Positions 1 through 8,604 of a DNA stretch of 17,485 nt are shown here, piece by piece (the first letter of the stretch is position 1; each line of letters starts with the position of its first letter). This DNA is from a bacterium (lineage in GTDB: Bacteria > Zhuqueibacterota > Zhuqueibacteria > Oceanimicrobiales > Oceanimicrobiaceae): assembly GCA_046757525.1 (NCBI GenBank), contig JBHHYI010000090.1, positions 1-17,485 on the forward strand, given 5' to 3'. A program made the translations under genes and the position numbers. The notes under the pieces were generated by a model. The model saw only the letters and a program-made list of their open reading frames with translations, had not been told where the DNA came from and did no database searches.

Positions 1-174
1 GGATTCTTTGCCGGAGTTCCTGTTTTGATTCGACTCTGATTCTATTGAGAACAGCTCTTGCTCGGTATACGACAAAGAATACTCCATTCTGTTTCTACCC
101 TGAATATACAATCGGTCAAGCCAGTCAGAGGCCCGGCCCTTGACGGGCGCCCGACGGATATGATCGACTTCCAT
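1..174 (-). CDS. Partial ORF running off the left edge (hypothetical; possibly translationally coupled to the alpha-2-macroglobulin gene)
   Basis: ATG at 174 lies 1 nt after the A2M TGA (176-178). The frame stays open for 58 codons to the window edge: MEVDHIRRAPVKGRASDWLDRLYIQGRNRMEYSLSYTEQELFSIESESNQNRNSGKES. No family motif recognised; there is an alternative ATG at 87. Confidence 0.35.
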   Translation of the reverse strand, partial: MEVDHIRRAPVKGRASDWLDRLYIQGRNRMEYSLSYTEQELFSIESESNQNRNSGKES

Positions 175-175
175 T

Positions 176-3100
176 TCACAGCCCGTGAACCACGATCCGC
201 CCGCTGGAAGCCACGGAAGCCTTGCTGGGCGCATACATGGCTTCGGCGCTGATGGGTGGCAGAATGAAGCTGCCCTGCGTCACCGCACGCAGACCGTAGT
301 AAAACTTCGCCGTTTGTCCGTAACGGAAATTGCCAAACAGCAGCATGCGGTCGTCGCGGATGTCCATGTACATGGGTCGGTAGGCCCTCTTGCCGATCCA
401 ATCGATGCCTTTTCGCGATTGCAGTCGGGGATTCTCAATCTCCAGTCCCGCGGGCAGCAGATCCACGGTGGCCACATTTTCCAACGACTCTGTGAGCGAC
501 TTCACGGTAATCTCTGCGATTACGAGGTCGCCCTGGTGCAAGCTGTCGGCGTCAATGGGGCGGCCATTTTCATCGAGGTAGCGACGCCGCACCAGGAGGT
601 CGTGGTCGTACTCATCGACGGTCAATTTAGACGGAAGACCCTCCGCCCGCCAGTAGTAATAGCACGTGCCTTTGCCTTTGATGGCAATGGCGGCTTCTTT
701 GCCGGCCCAGTCTTTGCCGGAAAAATTCTGATCATCGGTGTCGAACTTTGAATACAGCTCGCCACCAATGGTGACGGTCCCGGTGTAATTCCCCCCGGTT
801 TGCTTGCGCAAAATCTTGCCCAATGCCACAAACGCGAAAGCGTTTTCCTGGGTGGTGTACCAGCGCATTCTTTTTGACGCTGCCCCGGTCAGCTCTTTAA
901 CTAAAAGGGGCACCATCGGGTGTTTGTCGTCCACCTCGGCGAGAATGTCGAGCATGATCGCTTTGGCGCGCACCGAGGAGTTAAAATTTCTGCCGCTTTC
1001 CCGCCTCCTCTCTGCTTTGATTGGCACCACGGTCCTGGGCAAGAGCGTTCTCGAGGTTTGCAGGTCGCCCGACAGGGCAAAAGCCCCGGCCAACTGGTAC
1101 TTGGAATACTCCCGCATTTTGTCCAGAGCATTGTTCTTCAAATACAGCATGGTGCTTTTGTCCGGCTTGCCAGCCAAGGCGAGCACGTAGCAGGCGTACG
1201 CGGCCGTCTGGTAGGTGTACGAGTCATTGCTGCGGTAGCTGCGGGTAAAATTGCGCAACGCGTCGATCAGCCGGTTGTAAACCCGGTCCGACACCACGTA
1301 GCCGGCCCGGCGCGCTTCCACGAGAAAATGTGAGGCGTAGACCGAGCTCCAATTGCTGACGTACTCGCCTGTTGGCCAATAAGAAAACGCCCCTGACGCC
1401 AGTTGCATGTTTTCCAACTTGTCGATCCCCTCTTCCAGGTAATAGTCGGCGCTGTTACGGTTGAAAAGTTCGGGTTCGGCCAGGCGCGCCAGGTCGTTGA
1501 AGTAGAGCAGCGGGAACAGCCTGGAGGTGGTTTGCTCAACACATCCGTACGGGTAGCGCAGCAGATATTGCAGGCTGCCGGCAAACTGCACCGCCGGGAA
1601 CGATGAAATCGTCAGCGAGAAGCTGGTGGTTCCCTGGATCCAATCCGAGGGGAATTTAAAGGCAGCAGGCGTGTTTTCGACCAGAGAGCCGCTGCCTGAG
1701 AGCGTGACAAAGGGCACGGGCGGCCGCAGGGGAACTGCGACGGTCAAGTCGGTTTTTTCGCCGGCTCCGCGTGCGGACAGGCCAAACTCGACCTTGCCCG
1801 GCGTTTCCCCGGCTTTGACTGCAAAATACGCCTGCTTTTCTTTGCCAGCCGCAATCTGCACCGACTGGGTGTTCTTGCCAATGATTTGTACGCCGCCTTT
1901 GACCGCCAGCTTGACCTCGAAGGTGGCTTCCTGACCGGTGCCGTTGTAAACGTTCACCGGAATGACCAGCTCGTCTTTACTGCTGATGAAGCGCGGAAAA
2001 GTGGGCGTGAGCACGATGGGCTCGCGCACGAATACATTTTTCTGCGAGTTACCGAACTTGTCCCCGCTAAACGCCACCGCCATCAGGCGGACACTGCCAT
2101 TGAATTGGGGCAGGTCGAAGGTCACCTTGCCCCGTCCTTTGCGGTCTGCCTTGACCAGCCCTGACCAGAAAGCCACCGGCTTGACGCGCCGAACCGTCAC
2201 TGTGGTGAGCCGTCGCTTCCGCTGAGCTTCCACATCGCCCGCCACCGAAGTCAGCGAGGAGGTGATCTCCGGCAGGACCATGCCGTAAATGTCGTAGGAA
2301 TCCACAGCGAGGCGTTTCTTGCCAAAGAAGAAGCCATGGGCATCGGGCGTGCGAAAGTCCGTAAGCTGGCAGATGCCCTCGTCCACCGCAGCGATGGTGA
2401 CGTAGGGCGCGCTGTCCGCCTGTCCCTGAACTTGGAACTTGACCTCCAATCTCTTTTTCGGGCGAATTTCATCCGGCGCTTCAAGCTCAACCGTCAAGTG
2501 ATTAGCCTCGGTGGAGACCGACAGAGGCACCACGCCAAAAGCACGCGCCGGCGTATCCCGGTTCAGGTCTTCGGTTGAACGAATCAAGTGAGCGGAAACG
2601 TAGACGTTCGGCTTGTATTCCGCAGTAATGGGCATTTTCAAGGTGGCCGTGTTTTCTTCTAAAGTAACGACTTTGTACTCGAAGACTTTTTCGCGCTCCA
2701 CAGTTAGAAGGAGCTTGCCAGCAAAAGGCGCCCGCACCTGAATTTCAGCCGTCTCACCGGGGGAATAAGCTTCTTTGTCCAAATCCAGTTCGATGCGGTC
2801 CGGATGGTCCATGGCCCAGGGCGAATAGCCCCAGCCGCTGGCGTAAAACCACAGGGAGGCTGACGCTCCGGAGTCCACATCCCGGGCAACCACGCGGTAG
2901 CGGCCGTACTGTGGCGGCGTAACGTTAAAGCTGCTACTAACTGCACCTGAAGTCAGGGTGAATTTGCGCACCAGGTCTTCAACTTGTTCGGACACATAGC
3001 GGTAGCGCCGCCGCGATTGGTCGCGTTTGAGAATGCTGTGCCAGTAAATGCGGTAAAACGAAACTTCTACTTTGCGTTCGGCCAGCGGCTCCCCTTCAGG

Positions 3101-5647
3101 ATTCACCACGACGAAATCGATTCGGGTTGCCTCCTCAGGGGCGGCATAGCCTTCCTTAGATTTCCGCAGACCAACGGAGGTAGCATGCGGATGAATGACC
3201 ACGCCGCGATAAGCGCTGACGCCCCGGCCGCCTGGTTCCAACACCGTGGTCTCGATGATGCCTCTGAGCGAGGAGGGCGGATCCAGGTCCTTTGGGATCT
3301 CAAAGGTGTAAACATAGTTGCCGTTGTCGTCGAGGATTTCATCGCCCAGGTCAAAGTTGAGTTTTGTGAAGGATTTTTTGCGGTTCACAAAGGAGAAGGA
3401 ACTCCACCTGGGCGGCGAGAAAGGCCTGGCCTCGATTTCCAAGTTGGCCTGAACGCGGCGTCCGGCCGCCGGCGGGCCGAAAAGAGTTACCGCCTCCACA
3501 TTGGCTTGCAGGCTCTCCCCCGCGGTGTACCCTTCCTTTTCGGTGGTGAGCTTCACCTTCATCCGGTCAGGGACAAACTCTTCGACGCTAAAAGCGGTCC
3601 TGCCGATTTCCTCTTTGTCCCCGATGAGCAACAAGGCCACATATTTGCCCGTCATCACGTAATGCGGAATTGAAACGCTAAACTCGACCCCTCCCTGCTC
3701 GTTTAAACGGGCCCGCTGCTCGCTGAGGATCTTGCCTTCGGGTCCCTTGACTTGCAGCCTGACCGGAAAGGACGGAGGCACGCTGGTGTTCTCTGCCCGC
3801 ACGATGGCAGCCAGGTGCGCTGTTTCTCCCGGCCGATAAACCCCGCGTTCGTTGTAGAGAAAGGCTTCGTAGCCATGCTCGAGGTAGGAGGCGCCCCCCA
3901 CGTCAAAGTCCGAAGTAGGAATGCGCCGTCTGTGCAGCTCCAAAAAAGACAGGTCCTCGCCGTAGGAAGCGGTAATCAAATAAGGCAAGAACTCGTCGGT
4001 GTACTTCTTGAACGCCTTGAACACAGCGATGCCATCGCTGTTGGTTCGCGCCGTCATGAGGGTTTGGTTGTTCTGGCTGATGAGTTTGACCTCAACGTCT
4101 TGTACCGGGTTGAGCTTTGAGAGCGAATTGACCCACACCCACAGGTCTTCACCCGCTTTCTTTGCAAGCAAGCCCAGGTCCGTTGCAATTACCCATTTAG
4201 AGGCCTGGTTCCAGCGCCGCGTGCTTTCATGTGCTGTGAGCTTGAAGACGCCGATGCGCTCTGCAGCCAGGTAGTCCTTCACATTGATGGGCGTCACAAC
4301 TTCCTCGTTCTCCACTGTTTGCACAACGATCCTCGAACTCTTGATTCGCTTGCCCAACGCACGCAAATTGTAATAGCGGTAGTACCGGCCTCCCGCAAGA
4401 TTGGTAGTGTTGAGCAGATAGACCAGATTGTTGGCAAAAACTTTTTCCACCTCGAGACTTACTTTGTCGACATTAATGGTGGACAGGCCAACGTTGAGGT
4501 TGCCGTTACGCGTGAGGTAAAATCCTTCGCCCACAAAGTCAACTTGCGGGGGAATGCGCTCCCGTCTGAAAGAGACCGCGCTGGAAAAATCCCGTTCCAG
4601 CGGCGAGCCGTCGATGGCCCGCAGTCCCTTGCGGATGGAAACCTGGTAGGTCGTGCCCATTTGGAAATCGCCCCTGAGCTCCAGGTAATGGTGGGAGGCG
4701 ATGAGCTTAATGTTTACGGGCGGCTCAACCGTAATGAATTGCCCGGCATTCTGAACATCTACCGGTAAGCTGAATTGAATCTGGATGAAGCCCTTAGAAG
4801 GCGCGGTTTTTTTCGGTGCCATTCTCACGATCTTCAGGTCCTCCTGCCCCGGCAAGACCAGCGGTTTCAAATAATCCCGTTCCAACCCGAGATTGCCGCC
4901 CAGGCAAAGCAGCCCCCTGGCAACTCTCAAGCGGATTTGTTTCTCCTCCTCGCTGCGCTCAACCCGTTGTGCTTGCAGTTCAATAATCTTGCCCGGGGTC
5001 GTGGTGCTGAGCTGGAACGGGATGGTTCTGCCATCGGCGTATTCCACCGCAATGCTCTTCACCGCCTCCTCTGGATCGACGTCGTAATTAAATTCAATGG
5101 TGGCGAAGAATTCAACCTCCTCGTTGGTCTCCGGTTTAACTTCGTAGGTCAACGAGGCGCTGTTCACCCGAAATCTGGGCGTGTGAAACTTGAACTGCCG
5201 CGTACCGGTCAAAGCGTACCCGTAACCGGATGCAATGCGCGGAGAGATTTCAACCGTGTACTGCGTCGACGGCGCCAGCAACACATCGGGGTAGAAGCGC
5301 AACTTGTTGGTCGCAATCCATTGAAACTTGCCTGGAATTGGGGGCTTGAACCCGATGGGAAGGCGGTCGAGCTGCACGTTTAGCAAGGAGTCCCCCACCA
5401 ATTCTCTGGAAAATTCGACGGTAAAATTGGTGGTCTGCGGCACTTCATCGGCAGGTGCAAATGAGGACACCGCAACGGTCTCCCGGCCTCTGCGGGAGAG
5501 AATTAGATAGGCCGCACCAACGATAATGATCGCAGACAGGATCACGATGATTACGTTCGGCGTTAGGCTCCGCTTCATTCGGGTGACGGCGTTGTCATCC
5601 GATTTTTTGGGTTCTTCGCTCTCGTTGCCGTCCACAGCGTTGCTCAT
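176..5647 (-). CDS. Bacterial alpha-2-macroglobulin (YfhM/A2M family), thioester type, with N-terminal membrane anchor
   Basis: 1823 aa. Thioester motif YPYGCVEQTTS (CxEQ at 1532-1543), MG-domain motifs ERGVYRPGE and FSVEEFVPDR, AAVDEGI, FWSG, WYTTQENA, and C-terminal DLLPAGLEIEN / DIRDDR / RAVTQGSFILPP / EAMY. AGGAGG RBS at 5652-5657. Confidence 0.96.
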   Translation of the reverse strand: MSNAVDGNESEEPKKSDDNAVTRMKRSLTPNVIIVILSAIIIVGAAYLILSRRGRETVAVSSFAPADEVPQTTNFTVEFSRELVGDSLLNVQLDRLPIGFKPPIPGKFQWIATNKLRFYPDVLLAPSTQYTVEISPRIASGYGYALTGTRQFKFHTPRFRVNSASLTYEVKPETNEEVEFFATIEFNYDVDPEEAVKSIAVEYADGRTIPFQLSTTTPGKIIELQAQRVERSEEEKQIRLRVARGLLCLGGNLGLERDYLKPLVLPGQEDLKIVRMAPKKTAPSKGFIQIQFSLPVDVQNAGQFITVEPPVNIKLIASHHYLELRGDFQMGTTYQVSIRKGLRAIDGSPLERDFSSAVSFRRERIPPQVDFVGEGFYLTRNGNLNVGLSTINVDKVSLEVEKVFANNLVYLLNTTNLAGGRYYRYYNLRALGKRIKSSRIVVQTVENEEVVTPINVKDYLAAERIGVFKLTAHESTRRWNQASKWVIATDLGLLAKKAGEDLWVWVNSLSKLNPVQDVEVKLISQNNQTLMTARTNSDGIAVFKAFKKYTDEFLPYLITASYGEDLSFLELHRRRIPTSDFDVGGASYLEHGYEAFLYNERGVYRPGETAHLAAIVRAENTSVPPSFPVRLQVKGPEGKILSEQRARLNEQGGVEFSVSIPHYVMTGKYVALLLIGDKEEIGRTAFSVEEFVPDRMKVKLTTEKEGYTAGESLQANVEAVTLFGPPAAGRRVQANLEIEARPFSPPRWSSFSFVNRKKSFTKLNFDLGDEILDDNGNYVYTFEIPKDLDPPSSLRGIIETTVLEPGGRGVSAYRGVVIHPHATSVGLRKSKEGYAAPEEATRIDFVVVNPEGEPLAERKVEVSFYRIYWHSILKRDQSRRRYRYVSEQVEDLVRKFTLTSGAVSSSFNVTPPQYGRYRVVARDVDSGASASLWFYASGWGYSPWAMDHPDRIELDLDKEAYSPGETAEIQVRAPFAGKLLLTVEREKVFEYKVVTLEENTATLKMPITAEYKPNVYVSAHLIRSTEDLNRDTPARAFGVVPLSVSTEANHLTVELEAPDEIRPKKRLEVKFQVQGQADSAPYVTIAAVDEGICQLTDFRTPDAHGFFFGKKRLAVDSYDIYGMVLPEITSSLTSVAGDVEAQRKRRLTTVTVRRVKPVAFWSGLVKADRKGRGKVTFDLPQFNGSVRLMAVAFSGDKFGNSQKNVFVREPIVLTPTFPRFISSKDELVIPVNVYNGTGQEATFEVKLAVKGGVQIIGKNTQSVQIAAGKEKQAYFAVKAGETPGKVEFGLSARGAGEKTDLTVAVPLRPPVPFVTLSGSGSLVENTPAAFKFPSDWIQGTTSFSLTISSFPAVQFAGSLQYLLRYPYGCVEQTTSRLFPLLYFNDLARLAEPELFNRNSADYYLEEGIDKLENMQLASGAFSYWPTGEYVSNWSSVYASHFLVEARRAGYVVSDRVYNRLIDALRNFTRSYRSNDSYTYQTAAYACYVLALAGKPDKSTMLYLKNNALDKMREYSKYQLAGAFALSGDLQTSRTLLPRTVVPIKAERRRESGRNFNSSVRAKAIMLDILAEVDDKHPMVPLLVKELTGAASKRMRWYTTQENAFAFVALGKILRKQTGGNYTGTVTIGGELYSKFDTDDQNFSGKDWAGKEAAIAIKGKGTCYYYWRAEGLPSKLTVDEYDHDLLVRRRYLDENGRPIDADSLHQGDLVIAEITVKSLTESLENVATVDLLPAGLEIENPRLQSRKGIDWIGKRAYRPMYMDIRDDRMLLFGNFRYGQTAKFYYGLRAVTQGSFILPPISAEAMYAPSKASVASSGRIVVHGL

Positions 5648-5673
5648 GGCACCTCCTCTTTCATTTTGTTAAT

Positions 5674-5721
5674 CTCGTGCCCACCGTCTCCGTGGGCACG
5701 CCCGTCCGACGCTCAGCGTCG
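5674..5721 (+). repeat. REP-like doublet hairpin, copy 1 (downstream of RAYT stop)
   Basis: CTCGTGCCCACCGTCTCCGTGGGCACG (stem CGTGCCCAC/GTGGGCACG) followed by CGACGCTCAGCGTCG; ends 3 nt from the RAYT stop codon. Confidence 0.85.
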
Positions 5722-5724
5722 CGT

Positions 5725-6267
5725 TCACCATTTCGTGGTCACTCTAATCAACGCCTCCAGGCCCGCATAATTCCGGGCACTGGAATAGCGCCAGTGTACC
5801 GGGTCATCAACGTACCCGCGTTTCACAGGATTGTTGTGCAGGTACATAATCTTTTGCACCATCATCTCAGCACTTTGAATCTGCTCCGGATGTGAACCCT
5901 CCTGCCAGAACTGATAAGGCCGGTCCCGTTTATGGCGTCGCTTGAAAAGCTTAAGCTGCCTGAGGATAGGCTCTGCGTTGCTGGCTTTGTAGAAATCGAT
6001 AATCATTCGTGCGGTATAAGACTTAAAGTCCCCGATTTCTTTGGCCAGGTTGGCACTTGCTGCCACCAGGTGCAGGTGATTCTCCATGCTCACGTAAGCG
6101 TACAGGATAAGCCGTCCCGTGTTCTGCAAGAAGGTCAATGAGTCAAGAACAATCCTGACCACAGAAGGGTTGCTAAACAGCGGCAACCAGTTCAGTACCG
6201 TGCAGGTTAGAAAGTACGGCACCTCCGTCTCCCCATTGTCGAATATTTTGTATCGGCTGCGGCCCAT
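5725..6267 (-). mobile_element. REP-associated tyrosine transposase (RAYT/TnpA-REP; HUH Y1 transposase, IS200/IS605 superfamily)
   Basis: YFLTCT, YAYVSMENHLHLV (HUH motif), FKSYTAR, FWQEGSH, MYLHNNPVKRGYV (catalytic Tyr region), WRYSSA. Start placed at ATG 6267 (MGRSRYKIF), which has an upstream AGGA, instead of the track's 6288. Confidence 0.92.
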
Positions 6268-6310
6268 GGTTTCATTCCTACGCTTCACTATTTGGTGCGT
6301 CAGCTACAAC

Positions 6311-6359
6311 GGACGCGGGAGCGTCCTCGATGTATTCCCACGCAGAGCGTGGGAACCAG
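6311..6359 (-). repeat. REP-like doublet hairpin, copy 2 (inverted relative to copy 1, upstream of RAYT)
   Basis: GGACGC-GGGA-GCGTCC (6311-6326) and TTCCCACGC-AGA-GCGTGGGAA (6335-6355) then CCAG. The minus strand reads CTGGTTCCCACGCTCTGCGTGGGAA...GGACGCTCCCGCGTCC, the same architecture as copy 1. Confidence 0.85.
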
Positions 6360-6378
6360 GGTTACAGAATAGAATAAC

Positions 6379-6426
6379 CTCGTGCCCACGGTCTCCGTGG
6401 GCACGCCACCCCGACGCTCAGCGTCG
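6379..6426 (+). repeat. REP-like doublet hairpin, copy 3 (direct repeat of copy 1)
   Basis: CTCGTGCCCACGG-TCT-CCGTGGGCACG followed by CGACGCTCAGCGTCG; offset exactly 705 nt from copy 1, with 4 mismatches. Confidence 0.88.
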
Positions 6427-6429
6427 CGT

Positions 6430-6522
6430 TCACCAGTCTGTGGTCACCTTAATCAGCGCCTCCCGGCCCGCGTCATTCCAGGCACTCGGACAGCGCCCAT
6501 GCAGCGGATCCTCAACGTACCC
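6430..6522 (-). pseudogene. Decayed 3' fragment of a second RAYT transposase gene
   Basis: Translates as GYVEDPLHGRCPSAWNDAGREALIKVTTDW*, versus GYVDDPVHWRYSSARNYAGLEALIRVTTKW* in the intact gene. No start codon, an in-frame TGA just upstream, and the conserved WxYSS motif is destroyed. Confidence 0.85.
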
Positions 6523-6537
6523 CTCTGTTCAAGGCAA

Positions 6538-8133
6538 TCAAAAATCCTCGAAATAGGTCTTCTCTCCGTTCGGCCCCACCAGGGCCATCCGCAATCGATT
6601 CGGGTCGGTAGCCTCCAGGAACTTGTCTTGAAGCTCGCTCTTAGTCACAGCGTACATCAGATCAAAAGCTTCACCGGCCTCTTCGGTCTTCCAAAACTCC
6701 GAGGTTCCAATGCTTAGAGGCTGCTTTGGACAAATCGCAAAAACCGAAACAAAATCGTTGAAGCGCGGTTTGTAAATACTCTTCGAAGCTTCGGGGTTCC
6801 TGGCGCTGGCCGCGTTTAGCAGCATGGCCCGATCGTTGTACAGACGCGCCAGTTTTATTGAATTCCGTTCCAGCACCCCCTGTCGGATGTCCATCACGCG
6901 ATAAAGCCGCTTCAACACCGAGTTATGGTTGGCCGGTTCCGCAAAGGAAGCGTTTAACGGCAGCACGAACAACAGGTTGCAACCTTCCAACTCCGTACCG
7001 AATCTCAAAGGCAGGTTGTCCACCACGCCGCCGTCTTCGAACCATTCGTAGCGATCGGTGCGAATGCGTATGTAGGGAAACAAAGGCGGAAGGTCCATGG
7101 AAGCGAACACCGCCTGTCGCAACTGCTCAAAGGGATTTTCCCTGGCGTTGTCGGCAACGATCTCGTAGCGATCGTGTGGCACAACCGGCTCTTCAATGCG
7201 CGTGTCGGCTGTCCCCCACTTAATTCGTTTTTTCTCAGGCAGCGTTTTGTTATTGGTCGCAAATTCGATGTGCCCTTGCTCCACATTCGACCGCGTGAAA
7301 TAAAAATGCATGGGAGCCGCGCCGTCGTCTGGGTTTTGGGAATCAACGAATAGCTGGTTCAAGGTTTCTTTAATCGCAGAATTCTTCACGAAGATATCTT
7401 CGAAGGTCTCCTGCCACGGCGTATTGTACAAGAAGTAGTTCTTGGCAAAAGGGATGTAATTTGCGAATTCGACGATCTTATTGATCCGAATTTCCCGCCA
7501 CCATTGCTCGTGCGAACTCATCTGATTGGGCCCGGGTGCTTTGACGAGACCCGCCAACCAGAACATGGCATTCCAGGACCCGATTGACGTGCCGGCAATC
7601 ATTCGGACCTTGTCGAGCGCACCGTTCTCTTCCAGGAACTCGTAAATGGCTTTCATGGCCCCGGCCTGGTAGGCGCCCTTGGCACCGCCACCGGCCAATA
7701 TGATGCCAATCTTGAGATCACCGATGTTTCTCTGTTGCACGAACTTCTCCACGCTGGTGTCCGAACCGGGGGTTGGTGCGGCCGGTGCTTGTACTTTAAG
7801 GACAGGCGTTTTGCGCACTTTGCGGTAAACAATGGCCGATAGGTTGTAGCTCAATAGAACCGTCAACAGCAACAACAGGACGGCCACGCCTCCTTCAAGA
7901 AAGACATTCAGAGCCACCACAAAAAAACCGAACAGGCCTGTGGAGTTGGCAGCAGCGAGATTTGGCAATCCGACGAGCTTAACCACAAAAGCCGAAATCG
8001 CTGGCAGTCCCAGGAAATTGAGTGCCGCGGCAACCACCCCTAACCAAAACAACAACAGGACCGCAAAAGTAACGGTGAACCTCCAGGGCAAGCGAGGCAG
8101 CCAGTAGACACCCAGTTTTATGAATTTCAACAT
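6538..8133 (-). CDS. Patatin-like phospholipase with N-terminal transmembrane region
   Basis: LAGGGAKGAYQAG oxyanion loop, GTSIG nucleophile (GxSxG), ASMDLPPLFP and DGG catalytic Asp. The first ~100 aa are strongly hydrophobic. AAGGAGG RBS upstream. Confidence 0.9.
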   Translation of the reverse strand: MLKFIKLGVYWLPRLPWRFTVTFAVLLLFWLGVVAAALNFLGLPAISAFVVKLVGLPNLAAANSTGLFGFFVVALNVFLEGGVAVLLLLLTVLLSYNLSAIVYRKVRKTPVLKVQAPAAPTPGSDTSVEKFVQQRNIGDLKIGIILAGGGAKGAYQAGAMKAIYEFLEENGALDKVRMIAGTSIGSWNAMFWLAGLVKAPGPNQMSSHEQWWREIRINKIVEFANYIPFAKNYFLYNTPWQETFEDIFVKNSAIKETLNQLFVDSQNPDDGAAPMHFYFTRSNVEQGHIEFATNNKTLPEKKRIKWGTADTRIEEPVVPHDRYEIVADNARENPFEQLRQAVFASMDLPPLFPYIRIRTDRYEWFEDGGVVDNLPLRFGTELEGCNLLFVLPLNASFAEPANHNSVLKRLYRVMDIRQGVLERNSIKLARLYNDRAMLLNAASARNPEASKSIYKPRFNDFVSVFAICPKQPLSIGTSEFWKTEEAGEAFDLMYAVTKSELQDKFLEATDPNRLRMALVGPNGEKTYFEDF

Positions 8134-8440
8134 TTTCTTCCCTCCTTCTAAAGTTGAAGTTTAAAGCACTTGCACTTCGACTTGACTGCAGAGTGGTGGG
8201 GTTTGCAATCAAGCACTAAGTAACTCCCGTATTTATTGCCCCCTTTTGTTTTTAAGATTTGAAGTGAGAAGCGTTGATTGTTGACGCAAGAAGCTGTTCA
8301 AGAAGTTAATATGGCAGTCAATCAGAAAAAAACCGGCTGAGGCGAACGTCACAACGATCCTGCGTCAGGCAGTTCCCAACCCTTTCATGAAACCCACGTT
8401 GCACGTACCGCAGCCGTCTCGTTTGCGTCAGGCAGATGCC

Positions 8441-8604
8441 CATAGGCGTCAACTTAAGCCCCTAAACTGTCATTTCGACCCAGCAGCCGCCGGGGAGAAA
8501 TCTGGTTTGTGCCTAAATCAGACCCCTCGACTACGTCCGGCAAAGCCGGACTTCGCTCGGGGTGACAATAGGGTGGTTAGACACCCCTTAAGTTGACGCC
8601 AAAA
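8441..8604. mobile_element. 164-bp non-autonomous element (MITE) with IS4-family IS231/IS186-type ends and a 10-bp target duplication
   Basis: Perfect 14-bp inverted repeat GGCGTCAACTTAAG (8445-8458) / CTTAAGTTGACGCC (8587-8600). The left end starts CATA. A direct repeat GGCAGATGCC flanks it at 8431-8440 and 8605-8614. Confidence 0.75.
8468..8567. repeat. TGTC-tagged palindromic repeat pair nested in the MITE
   Basis: TGTCATTTCGA...GGAGAAATCT at the left and AGACCCCTCGAC...CGCTCGGGGTGACA at the right form imperfect inverted arms, with internal hairpin GTCCGGC-AAA-GCCGGAC. Confidence 0.7.

Noticed and set aside
42..5510. Numerous + strand and alternative-frame ORFs over the A2M gene (likewise over the other long genes)
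   Set aside because: Shadow ORFs of GC-rich coding sequence with no recognisable motifs, overlapping well-supported genes.
5674..6522. Duplicated gene 3' end as a diversity-generating retroelement TR/VR pair
   Set aside because: The 23 mismatches are spread over all four bases (A7, T6, C5, G5 in the intact copy, + strand) rather than being adenine-specific, and no reverse transcriptase is in the window.
5725..6560. IS605-type element with tnpB/omega RNA
   Set aside because: No TnpB/IscB-like ORF is adjacent. The upstream sequence is explained by REPs and a RAYT remnant.
6538..8133. CBASS CapV-type anti-phage effector
   Set aside because: No CD-NTase or other defence genes in the window, and the long TM N-terminus is unlike CapV.
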